A stretch of DNA of 64,000 nt from an uncultured Polaribacter sp. (GTDB taxonomy: Bacteria > Bacteroidota > Bacteroidia > Flavobacteriales > Flavobacteriaceae), in contig CAJQQH010000001.1 in assembly GCA_905480405.1 (NCBI GenBank), positions 2,088 through 66,087 of the forward strand, written 5' to 3'. The position numbers and the translations under genes are program-made. The notes under the pieces were generated by a model. That model was given only the letters and a program-made list of their open reading frames with translations. It was not told where the DNA came from and made no database searches. The stretch's first letter is position 1. Each line of letters opens with the position of its first letter. Shown here piece by piece: positions 48,082-57,546 of the stretch.

Positions 48082-48155
48082 GGCGAGGTAGCTCAGTTGG
48101 TTAGAGCGCAGGATTCATAACCCTGAGGTCACGGGTTCAAATCCCGTTCTCGCTA
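48082..48155 (+). tRNA. tRNA-Met (anticodon CAT), elongator-like
   Basis: Hand-folded cloverleaf: acceptor GGCGAGG/TCTCGCT (two G-U pairs), D-arm GCTC-AGTTGGTTA-GAGC, anticodon loop TTCATAA, T-arm ACGGG-TTCAAAT-CCCGT. D and T arms resemble E. coli elongator tRNA-Met. A lysidine-modified tRNA-Ile2 cannot be excluded. Confidence 0.85.
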
Positions 48156-48166
48156 CATAATTATCA

Positions 48167-48198
48167 AGCAGTTACATTTAAAATGTAGCTGCTTTTTT
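48167..48198 (+). terminator. Rho-independent terminator after tRNA-Met
   Basis: Stem AGCAGTTACA/TGTAGCTGCT (one G-U pair), followed by TTTTT. Confidence 0.7.
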
Positions 48199-48410
48199 AT
48201 TTAATCGACAACTATCCAAGAACAAATAAATTTCTTTTTTATTCTATAAACATCTCTACTTCCTTGTAAAAGTGATATTTAGCGATAAAAACTAGATTTA
48301 CAGCTCAAAATACGATTAAATTTGAGCGATAAAAGGTAAATATATCGCTCATGACACACAAAATCTAGAATTGGTTACTCAAAAATTGGTCTCATTTTTC
48401 TTATGACTAG

Positions 48411-48998
48411 AATGTTTTAGAAAAATTAGAGTTTCAATTTTCTCTAAATACTGGAACTATGTTTGGAGCTATCAAACATATTGTAGGATTAACTCATTTA
48501 CAATTTGTATGTGTTCATCCTTTTGAAGATGGAAAAGGAAGAATCGCAAGAGCGCTAGCTGAAAAATTTATTTCTTTAAGTACAAGACAACCGACTTTAA
48601 TTTCTTTATCGCATACTATTGAAGCCAATAGATAACAATATTACCAAACTTTGGAAGACAATAATACAACTCTTGAAATTACAGATTGGCTCAATTATTT
48701 TGAAAATACAATTCTAGAAGCTCAACAAGACACTTAAAAACGTATTGATTTTATTGTTGAAAAAACAAAGTTTTTTGAGTGCTATAAAACTCAATTAAAT
48801 GAAAGACAAGACAGAGCCGTTCTTCGTCTTTTTGAAGCAGGACATACAGGATTTACAGGTGGTTTGAGTTCTAAAAATTATATGAAAATTGCCAAAACAC
48901 CTAAATCTACTACCTCAAAAGATTTAACTACTAAGAAAATATTTATTAAAACTGGTGAATTAAAAGGGACACGTTGTCAATTGAATATTAAAATATAA
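48411..48998 (+). pseudogene. Fic/DOC-family gene remnant (5'-truncated, two in-frame stops)
   Basis: One frame reads ...LTHLQFVCVHPFEDGKGRIARALAEKF... (Fic motif HPFx[D/E]GNGRxxR with N>K). TAA at 48633 and TAA at 48735 interrupt an otherwise continuous frame that ends GELKGTRCQLNIKI* at 48998. Only about 25 codons precede the motif region, and a TAG lies at 48408. Confidence 0.8.
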
Positions 48999-49046
48999 TT
49001 ATTATAAATCACTTATGTACGGTTTCATTTTTTTTCTTATAATTTA

Positions 49047-50312
49047 TTATTCTTTTGGATACATACCAATATCTTTATGCTGCCATAATAAATTAATAAT
49101 ACTCCACTTACCATCTAGTTTTATCAATTGTAAATATTCTACCCAATTATCAGATATTAAACGAACATTTGCTATTCTATTATAAATATCTAAAATCTTT
49201 ACTTGATTGTATGGTTTTACTGGAAATTTAGTATTCGATTTGTTCCAAGAAGTAGCATTTTCTATCATACGGTTTTTAGATATTGCTCTAGCATACTCTT
49301 TTCTAGTTTTCCTATCCCAGCCAATAGTCATTTTATTTAAACTATCGTTCATAACTTCTTTCATAAGAGCTGGTTTTAAGTCTTGTAAAGCAATTAAATA
49401 CCCTAATGATATTCTTTTAATTTCTGTAGAATCTGCTAACGTAGCTTTAGAAGCTAGTTCAATTTTAATATTTGTTGGAACTTTTCTACCTCTAATTCTT
49501 TTTTTATTGGTATCAAATTGTGCTAATCCTATTTGATTTCCAATACTGTCATATTCTTTTTCTCCGTATGCAAAACCCCATTGATTTGTAACTAAATCAC
49601 CTTTTTCATCATGATAACTATAGGTAACATGATTTCCCATAGTATCATAAATATCTTGATATGAAGCAGTTCCTTTATCATTTACTACAACTTGTAATTT
49701 ATCATTTAAATTATAATGAGCTTTTGGGAATCCTTTTTTATTTAATAAAATTCCTGTAGTTCCAAATTTAAAATAAGGAGATAATGACACAACTTCTTTA
49801 TTTAAATTATATCTCTTTTCAATAATTAGCTTTTTATGTTTACTCCAGCTATATTCTGCAATTCCCCAATTAGATTCCATAGGTTTATCATCCAAATTAA
49901 AAAATTGTAATTTATTTTTCAACCCTTTTGTATTAAAAGAATAAACTTCTTTTAATACATTTTTGTCATTAACAATACGCTTACCATTTTTATCAAAAAA
50001 GGTTCTAGTTTCTTTATTATTATTGTACTCAATTTTTACTTTATAAACACCTAAAGATGCTAATGGATGTTGTTTTTCGGTATGATAATGGTTATTAATA
50101 ATTTCAATTATTTTATTGTTCTTATCATATTTAAAAATATAATGCGAAGTCGTATCTGCTATTAATTTATCTATAGGATATGTACCTCCTAAATCTAAAA
50201 ATGGGGAAACATGGTTATATTTTAAATGTCTAAAATATTTAGTGTTAATACTACTTTGCGCTAAAGCTGATGTACTAATTAATAGTAATATAAGTAACCT
50301 GAATGCTTTCAT
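49047..50312 (-). CDS. Secreted hypothetical protein: YD-like beta-hairpin repeats plus C-terminal NTF2-like (lumazine-binding-type) domain
   Basis: Signal peptide (STSALAQS). Repeated Y.YD..GN-like units (FKYDKNNKII, YQDIYDTMGNHV, YSYHDEKGDLV, YDSIGNQI). C-terminus ...VRLISDNWVEYLQLIKLDGKWSIINLLW. Confidence 0.45.
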   Translation of the reverse strand: MKAFRLLILLLISTSALAQSSINTKYFRHLKYNHVSPFLDLGGTYPIDKLIADTTSHYIFKYDKNNKIIEIINNHYHTEKQHPLASLGVYKVKIEYNNNKETRTFFDKNGKRIVNDKNVLKEVYSFNTKGLKNKLQFFNLDDKPMESNWGIAEYSWSKHKKLIIEKRYNLNKEVVSLSPYFKFGTTGILLNKKGFPKAHYNLNDKLQVVVNDKGTASYQDIYDTMGNHVTYSYHDEKGDLVTNQWGFAYGEKEYDSIGNQIGLAQFDTNKKRIRGRKVPTNIKIELASKATLADSTEIKRISLGYLIALQDLKPALMKEVMNDSLNKMTIGWDRKTRKEYARAISKNRMIENATSWNKSNTKFPVKPYNQVKILDIYNRIANVRLISDNWVEYLQLIKLDGKWSIINLLWQHKDIGMYPKE

Positions 50313-50329
50313 AAGATGTTATTAATAAT

Positions 50330-51025
50330 TTATAGAAGTTTTTTTAATGCGTTTTTCTTGTAGAAATCTCCAATTGGTATTTCAATTTTTCCAATTTCAA
50401 TATCATGTTTTGTATAAGCAGTAACATTGTCTTTATTAACTAGATAAGATCTATGTACTCTTAAAAAACGTTTATCTAATTTAGTTTCAAAAGCTGTAAT
50501 ACCATGTTTAAGAATTATTGTTGATGTATCTTTTAAATGAATTCTTATATAGTCTTTAATGCTTTCTATATAATTAACCTCATTAAATAAAACTTTAATA
50601 TTCTTTTTATTACTTTGAACATAAATAAAATTATCTTCAGATGGTTTTTCTATATTTTTAGCTGATGATTTTACACTTTCTATAAACTTTTCTATCGCTT
50701 TAAAAAAACGTTCAAAAACTATTGGCTTTAATAAATAATCGACTGCACTAAGCTCAAAACCCTCTATAGCGTAATCTCTATAGGCAGTAGTAAAAATTAC
50801 TTTAGGTTTTCTAGTTAAATTTTTAAAAAAATCTGTTCCCTTTAAAACTGGCATTTCAATATCTAAAAAAAGCAAATCTACTGTTTCGTTTTGTAAAATT
50901 TTATGAGCTTGAATAGCAGATGAACAAGAAGCAACTATTTCAAAATTATCTAATTGAGAAATATGTGTTTCTATAAGTTCTCTTGCTAAATCTTCATCAT
51001 CAATTATAAGGCATTTATATTTCAT
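50330..51025 (-). CDS. LytTR-family response regulator
   Basis: Receiver domain (IIDDE...LLFLDIEMP...TAY) plus a C-terminal LytTR domain (FLRVHRSYLVN). Confidence 0.9.
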   Translation of the reverse strand: MKYKCLIIDDEDLARELIETHISQLDNFEIVASCSSAIQAHKILQNETVDLLFLDIEMPVLKGTDFFKNLTRKPKVIFTTAYRDYAIEGFELSAVDYLLKPIVFERFFKAIEKFIESVKSSAKNIEKPSEDNFIYVQSNKKNIKVLFNEVNYIESIKDYIRIHLKDTSTIILKHGITAFETKLDKRFLRVHRSYLVNKDNVTAYTKHDIEIGKIEIPIGDFYKKNALKKLL

Positions 51026-52082
51026 CTTTACTAACTTTTAACCTAACTGAATAATTCTCTTTTGTATTTTCAATTTCTAATTTATATTTATTTGGATACA
51101 ATAAATTGAGTTGTTTTTTAATATTTTGCAAACCTATTGAGTGACGATCTTCAGAGTCTTCGAGAGTATAAACATTGGGCTTTGTATTTGATATTTTAAA
51201 TTCTACAAAAGTTGAATCTCCAAATATTGAAATGTTAATAATAGCTGTATTAATTTCCTGACTAACACCATGCTTAAAAGCATTCTCTAAAAAAGTAAGC
51301 AATAACAAAGGTGCAATTTCTGCAGCTTCATTTATAGTTTCTTTAAATACAACTTCAACTCGATTTCCATATCTAACTTTTTCTAAAGCTATATAATTAT
51401 GCAACAAGGTTACTTCATTTTTTAAAGGTACGTAGTTACTTTGGCACCTATATAAAATGTAATCTAAAATATCTGAAAGTTTAGCTATAACTTCTGGAGT
51501 TTTATCAGACTTTTTTAAAGCTAAGGCATATAAGTTATTTAATGTATTAAATAAAAAATGAGGGTTTAATTGATTTCTTAATGCATCTAATTCTGTTGTT
51601 TTCTTTTGCTCTAATAATGTTGCAGTCTCTTTTTCTTTTTTGTAATAATTAAAGGCTGACAACATTATTGACGGTGCAAGGTCTATTGGAAAAGTTCTTA
51701 CAAAAGAGTAAAAATTTGTAATCCTTTCAAAGAAAACCAATGGAGGTCTACTTTTGTAAACCTCTTTAAACTCTTCTGCCAAATAGAAACATTTATAAGC
51801 ATAATGCGCGAAATAAAAAACATAGATTATTAGAACAATTGAAAGAAGAAAAAGCACCTTTTTATTCTTGTTTAATAATTTTGGTATTAAAATTTCTATT
51901 ATAATATAGGTTAAAACTACTTGAAATAATATATCTACAATTACAGCATATAATAAGTAAGACTTATTATCTTCAAAAGGATAAGACATACTTAAATAAT
52001 AAACAAAAACAAGACACCAAAATAAAAGGTGTTGAAATACTGTTTTGTTAAAAAATTTAGATATTTTTTTCCCTTCTGTCAT
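51015..52082 (-). CDS. LytS/YehU-type sensor histidine kinase (His_kinase PF06580-like)
   Basis: 4-5 N-terminal TM segments. LRNQLNPHFLFNTLNNL H-box, and N-box LLLLTFLENAFKHG. Confidence 0.85.
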   Translation of the reverse strand: MTEGKKISKFFNKTVFQHLLFWCLVFVYYLSMSYPFEDNKSYLLYAVIVDILFQVVLTYIIIEILIPKLLNKNKKVLFLLSIVLIIYVFYFAHYAYKCFYLAEEFKEVYKSRPPLVFFERITNFYSFVRTFPIDLAPSIMLSAFNYYKKEKETATLLEQKKTTELDALRNQLNPHFLFNTLNNLYALALKKSDKTPEVIAKLSDILDYILYRCQSNYVPLKNEVTLLHNYIALEKVRYGNRVEVVFKETINEAAEIAPLLLLTFLENAFKHGVSQEINTAIINISIFGDSTFVEFKISNTKPNVYTLEDSEDRHSIGLQNIKKQLNLLYPNKYKLEIENTKENYSVRLKVSKDEI

Positions 52083-52152
52083 TAAAACTACTTCTTTTAA
52101 AAGTTAAGATTGTAAAGCTACAAATTAAACCTTAACCTCTTAAACAATATAG

Positions 52153-52203
52153 ACATACGATCTATTTCTGAATATAAACGACCTATAAACGAACATAAAA
52201 CAT
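52153..52203. promoter_or_regulatory. Direct-repeat array in the HK/esterase divergent intergenic region (candidate LytTR operator)
   Basis: TATAAACGA at 52173-52181 and 52184-52192 (11-bp period). Flanked by degenerate copies CATACGA (52154-52160) and CATAAAACA (52194-52202). Confidence 0.35.
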
Positions 52204-52324
52204 CAGTTCTTTATAAACAGCTATCTGTTTGCCAAAACTAATAGTCTGTCTATTTTTCAAATTCTCTTTTCTTAAACTATATATTTTCGACATCAATAAA
52301 GCAAAGATTAAAATTTATTATTCT

Positions 52325-53557
52325 ATGACGTTTAAAATCAAATTTTTATTATCAGTACTAATTACAATCAGTTATTTTTCGTATGCTCAAATTCATCAAA
52401 ATAACAAAAATGTAATAACAGACAGCTTACATTCTACTATTTTAAAAGAGAATAGAAATATTTATATAAAACTACCAGAAAGTTATTCTACGACTAATAG
52501 TAAAAAATATCCTGTTGTTTATATTCTAGATGGCGAGTTGTTATTTAGTACCTTAAATCTTGTACATAGTTATTATAGCGGAGGATTTATGCCAGAAATG
52601 GTTTTGGTGGGTATTTCTAACGCTAATAACCGTTCTAGAGATTTAACTACATCTTTTGATACATCTTTTTATCAAAAAAACGGAGAAGCAAATAACTTCA
52701 CATCCTTTTTTCAAAATGAACTGATTCCTTACATTGAAAAAACATATCCAGTAACAAATTATAGAACATTAATTGGCCATTCTTATGGTGGTCTTTTTAC
52801 TATTAACGCTTTAATTAATCATTCAGATGTATTTGACAATTATTTAGCTATTGACCCTAGTTTAGATTGGGATAGTCAAAAATTATTAAAACAAGCTAAA
52901 AATGTTTTATCACATAAAAATTATACTGGAAAATCGTTATTTATTTCACTAGGCGGACAACTACATATGTCTAACCCTAAAATTACGATAGAAAATGTTA
53001 TGAAGGATACTACAAGCTTTACAATTTTTCCGAGATCTAATATTACCTTTTTCGAGCAAACAAAAAAAAACACTAAGAATGGATTGACAACATCTTGGAA
53101 ATATTATCCTAATGATTTACATGGTACAGTTCCATTACCTTCTATAAAAGATGGTTTAATATCATTATTTAAATGGTATCAATGGGAAAATACGAGTGCA
53201 TTTAACAACCCAAATACTTCTGTTAAAAAGGTGAAGAAATTTATTAAACACAGAGAAGAGAAGTTAAAAAAACACTTTGGATATTCAGAACCGCCTTATG
53301 GAGAAGATATTTTTAATATGATGGGATATATGAATATTGATTTAAATCAATTAGAAAAATCCTTAATGTATTTTAAAATGGCTACTTATTACTACCCAAA
53401 AAGCCCCAATGCATTCGACTCACTTGCAGAATTCTATTTTAAACAAAAAAAATATAAAAAAGCATTAAAAAACATAACAAAAGCATACCATTTAAGTGGT
53501 AAAGAGGTGCATAAAAAGAAAATAAAAATTTATAAAAATAAACTATTAAAAAAATAA
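52325..53557 (+). CDS. Alpha/beta-hydrolase (putative-esterase family) with C-terminal TPR-like tail
   Basis: Signal peptide from MTFKIKFLL (ATG 52325). Nucleophile elbow GHSYGG. YPVVYILDG. TPR-like YFKMATYYYPKSPNAFDSLAEFYFKQKKY. Confidence 0.75.
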   Translation: MTFKIKFLLSVLITISYFSYAQIHQNNKNVITDSLHSTILKENRNIYIKLPESYSTTNSKKYPVVYILDGELLFSTLNLVHSYYSGGFMPEMVLVGISNANNRSRDLTTSFDTSFYQKNGEANNFTSFFQNELIPYIEKTYPVTNYRTLIGHSYGGLFTINALINHSDVFDNYLAIDPSLDWDSQKLLKQAKNVLSHKNYTGKSLFISLGGQLHMSNPKITIENVMKDTTSFTIFPRSNITFFEQTKKNTKNGLTTSWKYYPNDLHGTVPLPSIKDGLISLFKWYQWENTSAFNNPNTSVKKVKKFIKHREEKLKKHFGYSEPPYGEDIFNMMGYMNIDLNQLEKSLMYFKMATYYYPKSPNAFDSLAEFYFKQKKYKKALKNITKAYHLSGKEVHKKKIKIYKNKLLKK

Positions 53558-53567
53558 TACTATATAT

Positions 53568-54590
53568 ATGAAACAACTACCTATTATCTTATTCGCATTA
53601 ATAAGTCTTTAAAAAGTTTTTCTCAAAACACGACGAATGAGTACTCTAAATTAATTAAAGAAGGTTGGAAACTTTGTTTAGATAAAGATTATAAAAATTC
53701 AGCTAAATTATATAAAAAAGCATTTGATTTAAATAGAAAAGTATCACTTACAGATAGATATAATGCTTCTTGTATTAATGCTTTAGCTTGCAATAAAGAT
53801 GATGCTTTCAAAAATTTATTTATTGCAGCAAATGAATTAAAATGGGATGACGTAAATCATTTAAAAAATGATTCTGATTTAAAATCGTTACACTCAGATA
53901 GTCGTTGGAAAACCCTCGCTTCTATTATTAAAAGAAACAAAGAAGAAAAAGAGAAACATTTTGATAAGAGTTTAACTAAAGTTCTAGATAAAATATATTT
54001 TGATGATCAAAGTACTAGAAACCAAATAAGGGCAAAAGAAAAAAAGTACGGTAGAAAATCTAAAGAAATGGATGATTTTTGGCAATTAATACTAAATAAC
54101 GACTCAATTAACTTACTTAAAGTAAGTAATATTTTAGACACAAGAGGTTGGCCTGATAAAAAAATTAATTGGTACTAAAGGAGCTACAACATTATTCTTA
54201 GTTATTCAACACGCAAATAAAGAAACTCAAGAAAAATATTTACCTATGATACAAAAAGCAGTAGCTAATAACAATTTACCAAAAAGACAGTTTGCAACAT
54301 TTTATGATCGTTTAGTATTAAGAAGAGGAGAAAAACAAGTTTATGGTACTCAACTAGCTATGGACAATGGAAAACCATATGTTTTACCTTTAAAAGATCC
54401 AAAAAACGCAGATAAACGTAGAGCTGAAATGGGTTTAAATACCATGCAAGAAAACTTGAATAGATGGAATATTATTTGGGACATTGAAAAATATATTAAA
54501 AATTTACCTGCATATGAAGCTAAAGAAAAAGAATTAAATAAAAAAAAAGCTGTTAGTAAAGTTTGGTTTGAAGTGGAAAATCATGACTAA
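53568..54590 (+). pseudogene. Secreted hypothetical protein gene disrupted by two compensating frameshifts
   Basis: Frame 0: MKQLPIILFALISL* (stop at 53610). The next ~185 codons are open only in another frame (SLKSFSQNTTNEYSKLIKEGW...RGWPDKKINWY*, stop at 54176) and have no start codon. The frame returns to 0 (KKLIGTKGATTLFLVIQHANKETQEKYLPMIQKAV...) through to 54590. The shifts sit at T3A5GT5 (about 53608-53620) and A7 (54158-54164). Confidence 0.75.
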
Positions 54591-54610
54591 TTACAACGAG
54601 AAATAAACTT

Positions 54611-56689
54611 TTAGATTAATGCTTTTTCTTCAAGTGATTTCTTTAGATTAGTCTGGTTTTCCCAAAACCGATTTTTTATTTTTTTAATGACTTTAACAAA
54701 TCTTGGATCTTTTTTTAAAGATTCCATAACCGGATCTATGTCCATAAATATTAAAATCCAATATTGATAATTGTTCTCAGTTGCAAAAATTTGGAGTTGC
54801 TTAATTGCCTTTTCATTATCACCTTCGTACGCATATTTTACTGCCAAACTTGCACTTTTGTATATTGATGTATCTTCTTCACAATATTTTGTATAGGCAT
54901 TAAAAAAACTAGTCGCTTCTTTATTAAACCCCATCTCATTATATACAAATCCAATTTTTATATCCTCATGAGGATATATATTTAATCCGTATTTTTCTTT
55001 TGACTCAACAAATCTCTTAAAATAAAAATAAGATTTTTCAAAATTCCCTTGGTAATAGTGAAAATTTGCAACTTCTTGCATAAGATCCATTCTTGTAGTA
55101 TCCTTTTTCAACTCAACCTCCAACAAACTTGTAGTTCGTTTTATATCTTTATCTCTTGCAAATAATATTAAAATTTTTAAATATGGAGCATAATAATTCT
55201 TTGGATTATACTCTAATGATTTATTAATATAAGCTAATGCTTTTTCTGTAAAACCAGTTTGAACAAGAGCGCTACTTAAACTTAAATACCTATAACTTTT
55301 ACCAATAGAATCATTGGCTCCAACATCTAATTGAATTCCCATTAATGCATATTTTAAATGCTTACCAGTATTAGGAATATTATTAGCATATAATAATGAC
55401 AATACTTGTACTACAGCCGATGAGTTAGGGTTATATTCCAGCGCTTTTTCTAAATGAGGTACTGCCAATCTATATTCTTCATTATACATATAGTACAAAG
55501 CCTTTGCAATCAAACTTATATCTGATTTTGAGTCATACAATAACGCCTTATCTGCATAATTGTTAATTTGCTGCAGATATTTTTTCTGCTTCTGAAAGAT
55601 ATCTAAATAATAATACGAAATTGAAAGGTTTGCGAAAGCAAGCGCAAACTCTGGGTCATTTTCAATTGCTTTTTCAAATAATGGAATTGCTTTTTTGTAC
55701 CCCTCTTTTGTTCTAGTGTAAAAAGACTCTAAAGCTTGTAAATAAAAATCATACGCTAAAAGATTTTCTGTAGGTTTTTTATCTATCAATTTTAATTCAG
55801 CAGGAGTAATAATTGCTTTAATAGCATTCGCAATTTTCTTAGATACTTCATTTTGTAACGCAAAAACATCACCTACTTCCCTACTATATTGCTCCGCCCA
55901 AATTGGGGTATTAGTAGAAGCATTAATCAATTGTATATTAAGTAATATCTGATTACCTATTCGTTGTCCACTTCCTTCAACCAAATAATTTACATTAAGA
56001 TCTTCTGCAATCTCAGGTATTCCTTTACTAGTATTCCTATACTTCTCTACCGAAGTTCTACTTATAACTCTTAAATCTTCAATTCTCTGAAGGTTATTAG
56101 ATGTAGATTCCATTAAACCATTAACAAAATAAAGATTTAAAGAATCGTTACTTTCGTTTTTAAAAGGTAAGACTGCAATCGTTTTGTCTAATTCTTCTTC
56201 AATAACTTCTGCTGTTTGATTATTAAAAAAATAAAAAGCAGAAAAAACCACTAATAAACCCAATAACGAAAATAGATGTTTTTTGTTTCTAATTAAAAAC
56301 GAAGAAGAGTTTTCTAAATTATCTTCGACTACTTCAACTACTTCTGCTTCTATTTTTTTTCCGAGTTCACCAGGAGGATAACCATAATATTCCCTAAAAC
56401 ATTTTATAAAATAAGAAGAACTACCAAAACCTACTTGGTAAGAAATTTCTGAAATTGTTAAATCTTTATCCTCTAACAATTCTTTACTTTTAATAAGACG
56501 TACTTTACTTATAAATTTACTTGCAGAAAGTGTTGTTTCCTTTTTTATTTTCCTTAACAAATTAGAACGACTCATATGCATCAATTCTGCCAATTGAGAA
56601 ACACCAAATTGTTCATTAGAAATATTTTCTAGAACAATTGCTTCTGCTTTCTCAATAAAACTGGATTTAATAATTGACGTATTCGACAT
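54611..56689 (-). CDS. Transmembrane one-component regulator: N-terminal AraC-type HTH, one TM, periplasmic alpha/beta module plus TPR array
   Basis: HTH LAELMHMSRSNLLRKIKK...ISEISYQVGFGSSSYFIKCFREYYGYPP. TM LFSLLGLLVVFSAFYFF. IAVLPFKNESND...LRVISRTSV...YLVEGS module. Multiple TPR-like repeats. Confidence 0.75.
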   Translation of the reverse strand: MSNTSIIKSSFIEKAEAIVLENISNEQFGVSQLAELMHMSRSNLLRKIKKETTLSASKFISKVRLIKSKELLEDKDLTISEISYQVGFGSSSYFIKCFREYYGYPPGELGKKIEAEVVEVVEDNLENSSSFLIRNKKHLFSLLGLLVVFSAFYFFNNQTAEVIEEELDKTIAVLPFKNESNDSLNLYFVNGLMESTSNNLQRIEDLRVISRTSVEKYRNTSKGIPEIAEDLNVNYLVEGSGQRIGNQILLNIQLINASTNTPIWAEQYSREVGDVFALQNEVSKKIANAIKAIITPAELKLIDKKPTENLLAYDFYLQALESFYTRTKEGYKKAIPLFEKAIENDPEFALAFANLSISYYYLDIFQKQKKYLQQINNYADKALLYDSKSDISLIAKALYYMYNEEYRLAVPHLEKALEYNPNSSAVVQVLSLLYANNIPNTGKHLKYALMGIQLDVGANDSIGKSYRYLSLSSALVQTGFTEKALAYINKSLEYNPKNYYAPYLKILILFARDKDIKRTTSLLEVELKKDTTRMDLMQEVANFHYYQGNFEKSYFYFKRFVESKEKYGLNIYPHEDIKIGFVYNEMGFNKEATSFFNAYTKYCEEDTSIYKSASLAVKYAYEGDNEKAIKQLQIFATENNYQYWILIFMDIDPVMESLKKDPRFVKVIKKIKNRFWENQTNLKKSLEEKALI

Positions 56690-56773
56690 ACTTATTTTTA
56701 TTAATACGAAAGTAAATAATTTTTACCAATGTCTATCAATAAGTACTTCTTAGTATTGATAAAATAAGGCAAT

Positions 56774-56802
56774 TGCGTCATAATTTATATCTCTGCGTCA
56801 TA
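56774..56802. promoter_or_regulatory. Direct repeat TGCGTCATA-N11-TGCGTCATA in a divergent promoter region
   Basis: Exact 9-mers at 56774-56782 and 56794-56802 (20-bp period), between the AraC-type regulator (ATG 56689, minus) and the ankyrin gene (ATG 56923, plus). Confidence 0.4.
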
Positions 56803-56922
56803 GTTTTCACTTCCTCATCAAACTTAATATCTATTGCTGCATAAGGTTTATATGAAAATTACATGCTTAACGCATCTTTGTAACATCAAATAAATAAACA
56901 TTAAATATTAAAATTAAGAATT

Positions 56923-57522
56923 ATGAAATTACCAAAAATGAACTCTATTAAAATGTTAGTAAGCTTTTCTTTAAGTCTAATATTACTTGCTAGTTCTTGT
57001 GCACAATCAAACAAGAATAAAAATTCTGATGTAGAAAAGAGTACTACAGTAAAAGATAAAGTGGAAACTCCAACAATAGGCATTCACGCAGCAGTTATGT
57101 CTAATAACCTAGAAGCTGTAAAACAACATATTGCAGCAGGAACAGATATTAACCAAAAAGATCAAATGAGTGGATCTACACCTTTAATTTCTGCCGCAAC
57201 TTTTGGAAAAACTACAATTGTTAAAGCTTTAATAGATGGTAAAGCAGATTTATCAATTAAAAATAATGATGGATCTACTGCTCTGCATACAGCAGCATTC
57301 TTTTGTCATGTAGAAATTGTACAGTTATTTATTGATGCTAAGGCAGATAAATCAATTAAAAATAATTTTCAGGCAACTGCAAGAGAAAGTATTCAAGCTC
57401 CTTTTGAGCAAATGAAACCAGTTTATAAAATGTTACAACAACAATTAGGACCTCTTGGTTTAAAAATTGATTTAGCTGAGATTGAAAAAAATCGCCCAGT
57501 AATTGCGATGATGTTACAATAA
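56923..57522 (+). CDS. Ankyrin-repeat lipoprotein
   Basis: Lipobox LLASSC. Three to four ANK repeats (G.TPL..AA..G....V..LI..GAD: GSTPLISAATFGKTTIVKALIDGKADL, GSTALHTAAFFCHVEIVQLFIDAKAD). Confidence 0.8.
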   Translation: MKLPKMNSIKMLVSFSLSLILLASSCAQSNKNKNSDVEKSTTVKDKVETPTIGIHAAVMSNNLEAVKQHIAAGTDINQKDQMSGSTPLISAATFGKTTIVKALIDGKADLSIKNNDGSTALHTAAFFCHVEIVQLFIDAKADKSIKNNFQATARESIQAPFEQMKPVYKMLQQQLGPLGLKIDLAEIEKNRPVIAMMLQ

Positions 57523-57546
57523 TAAATTTAATAAAACTATAGTGTA

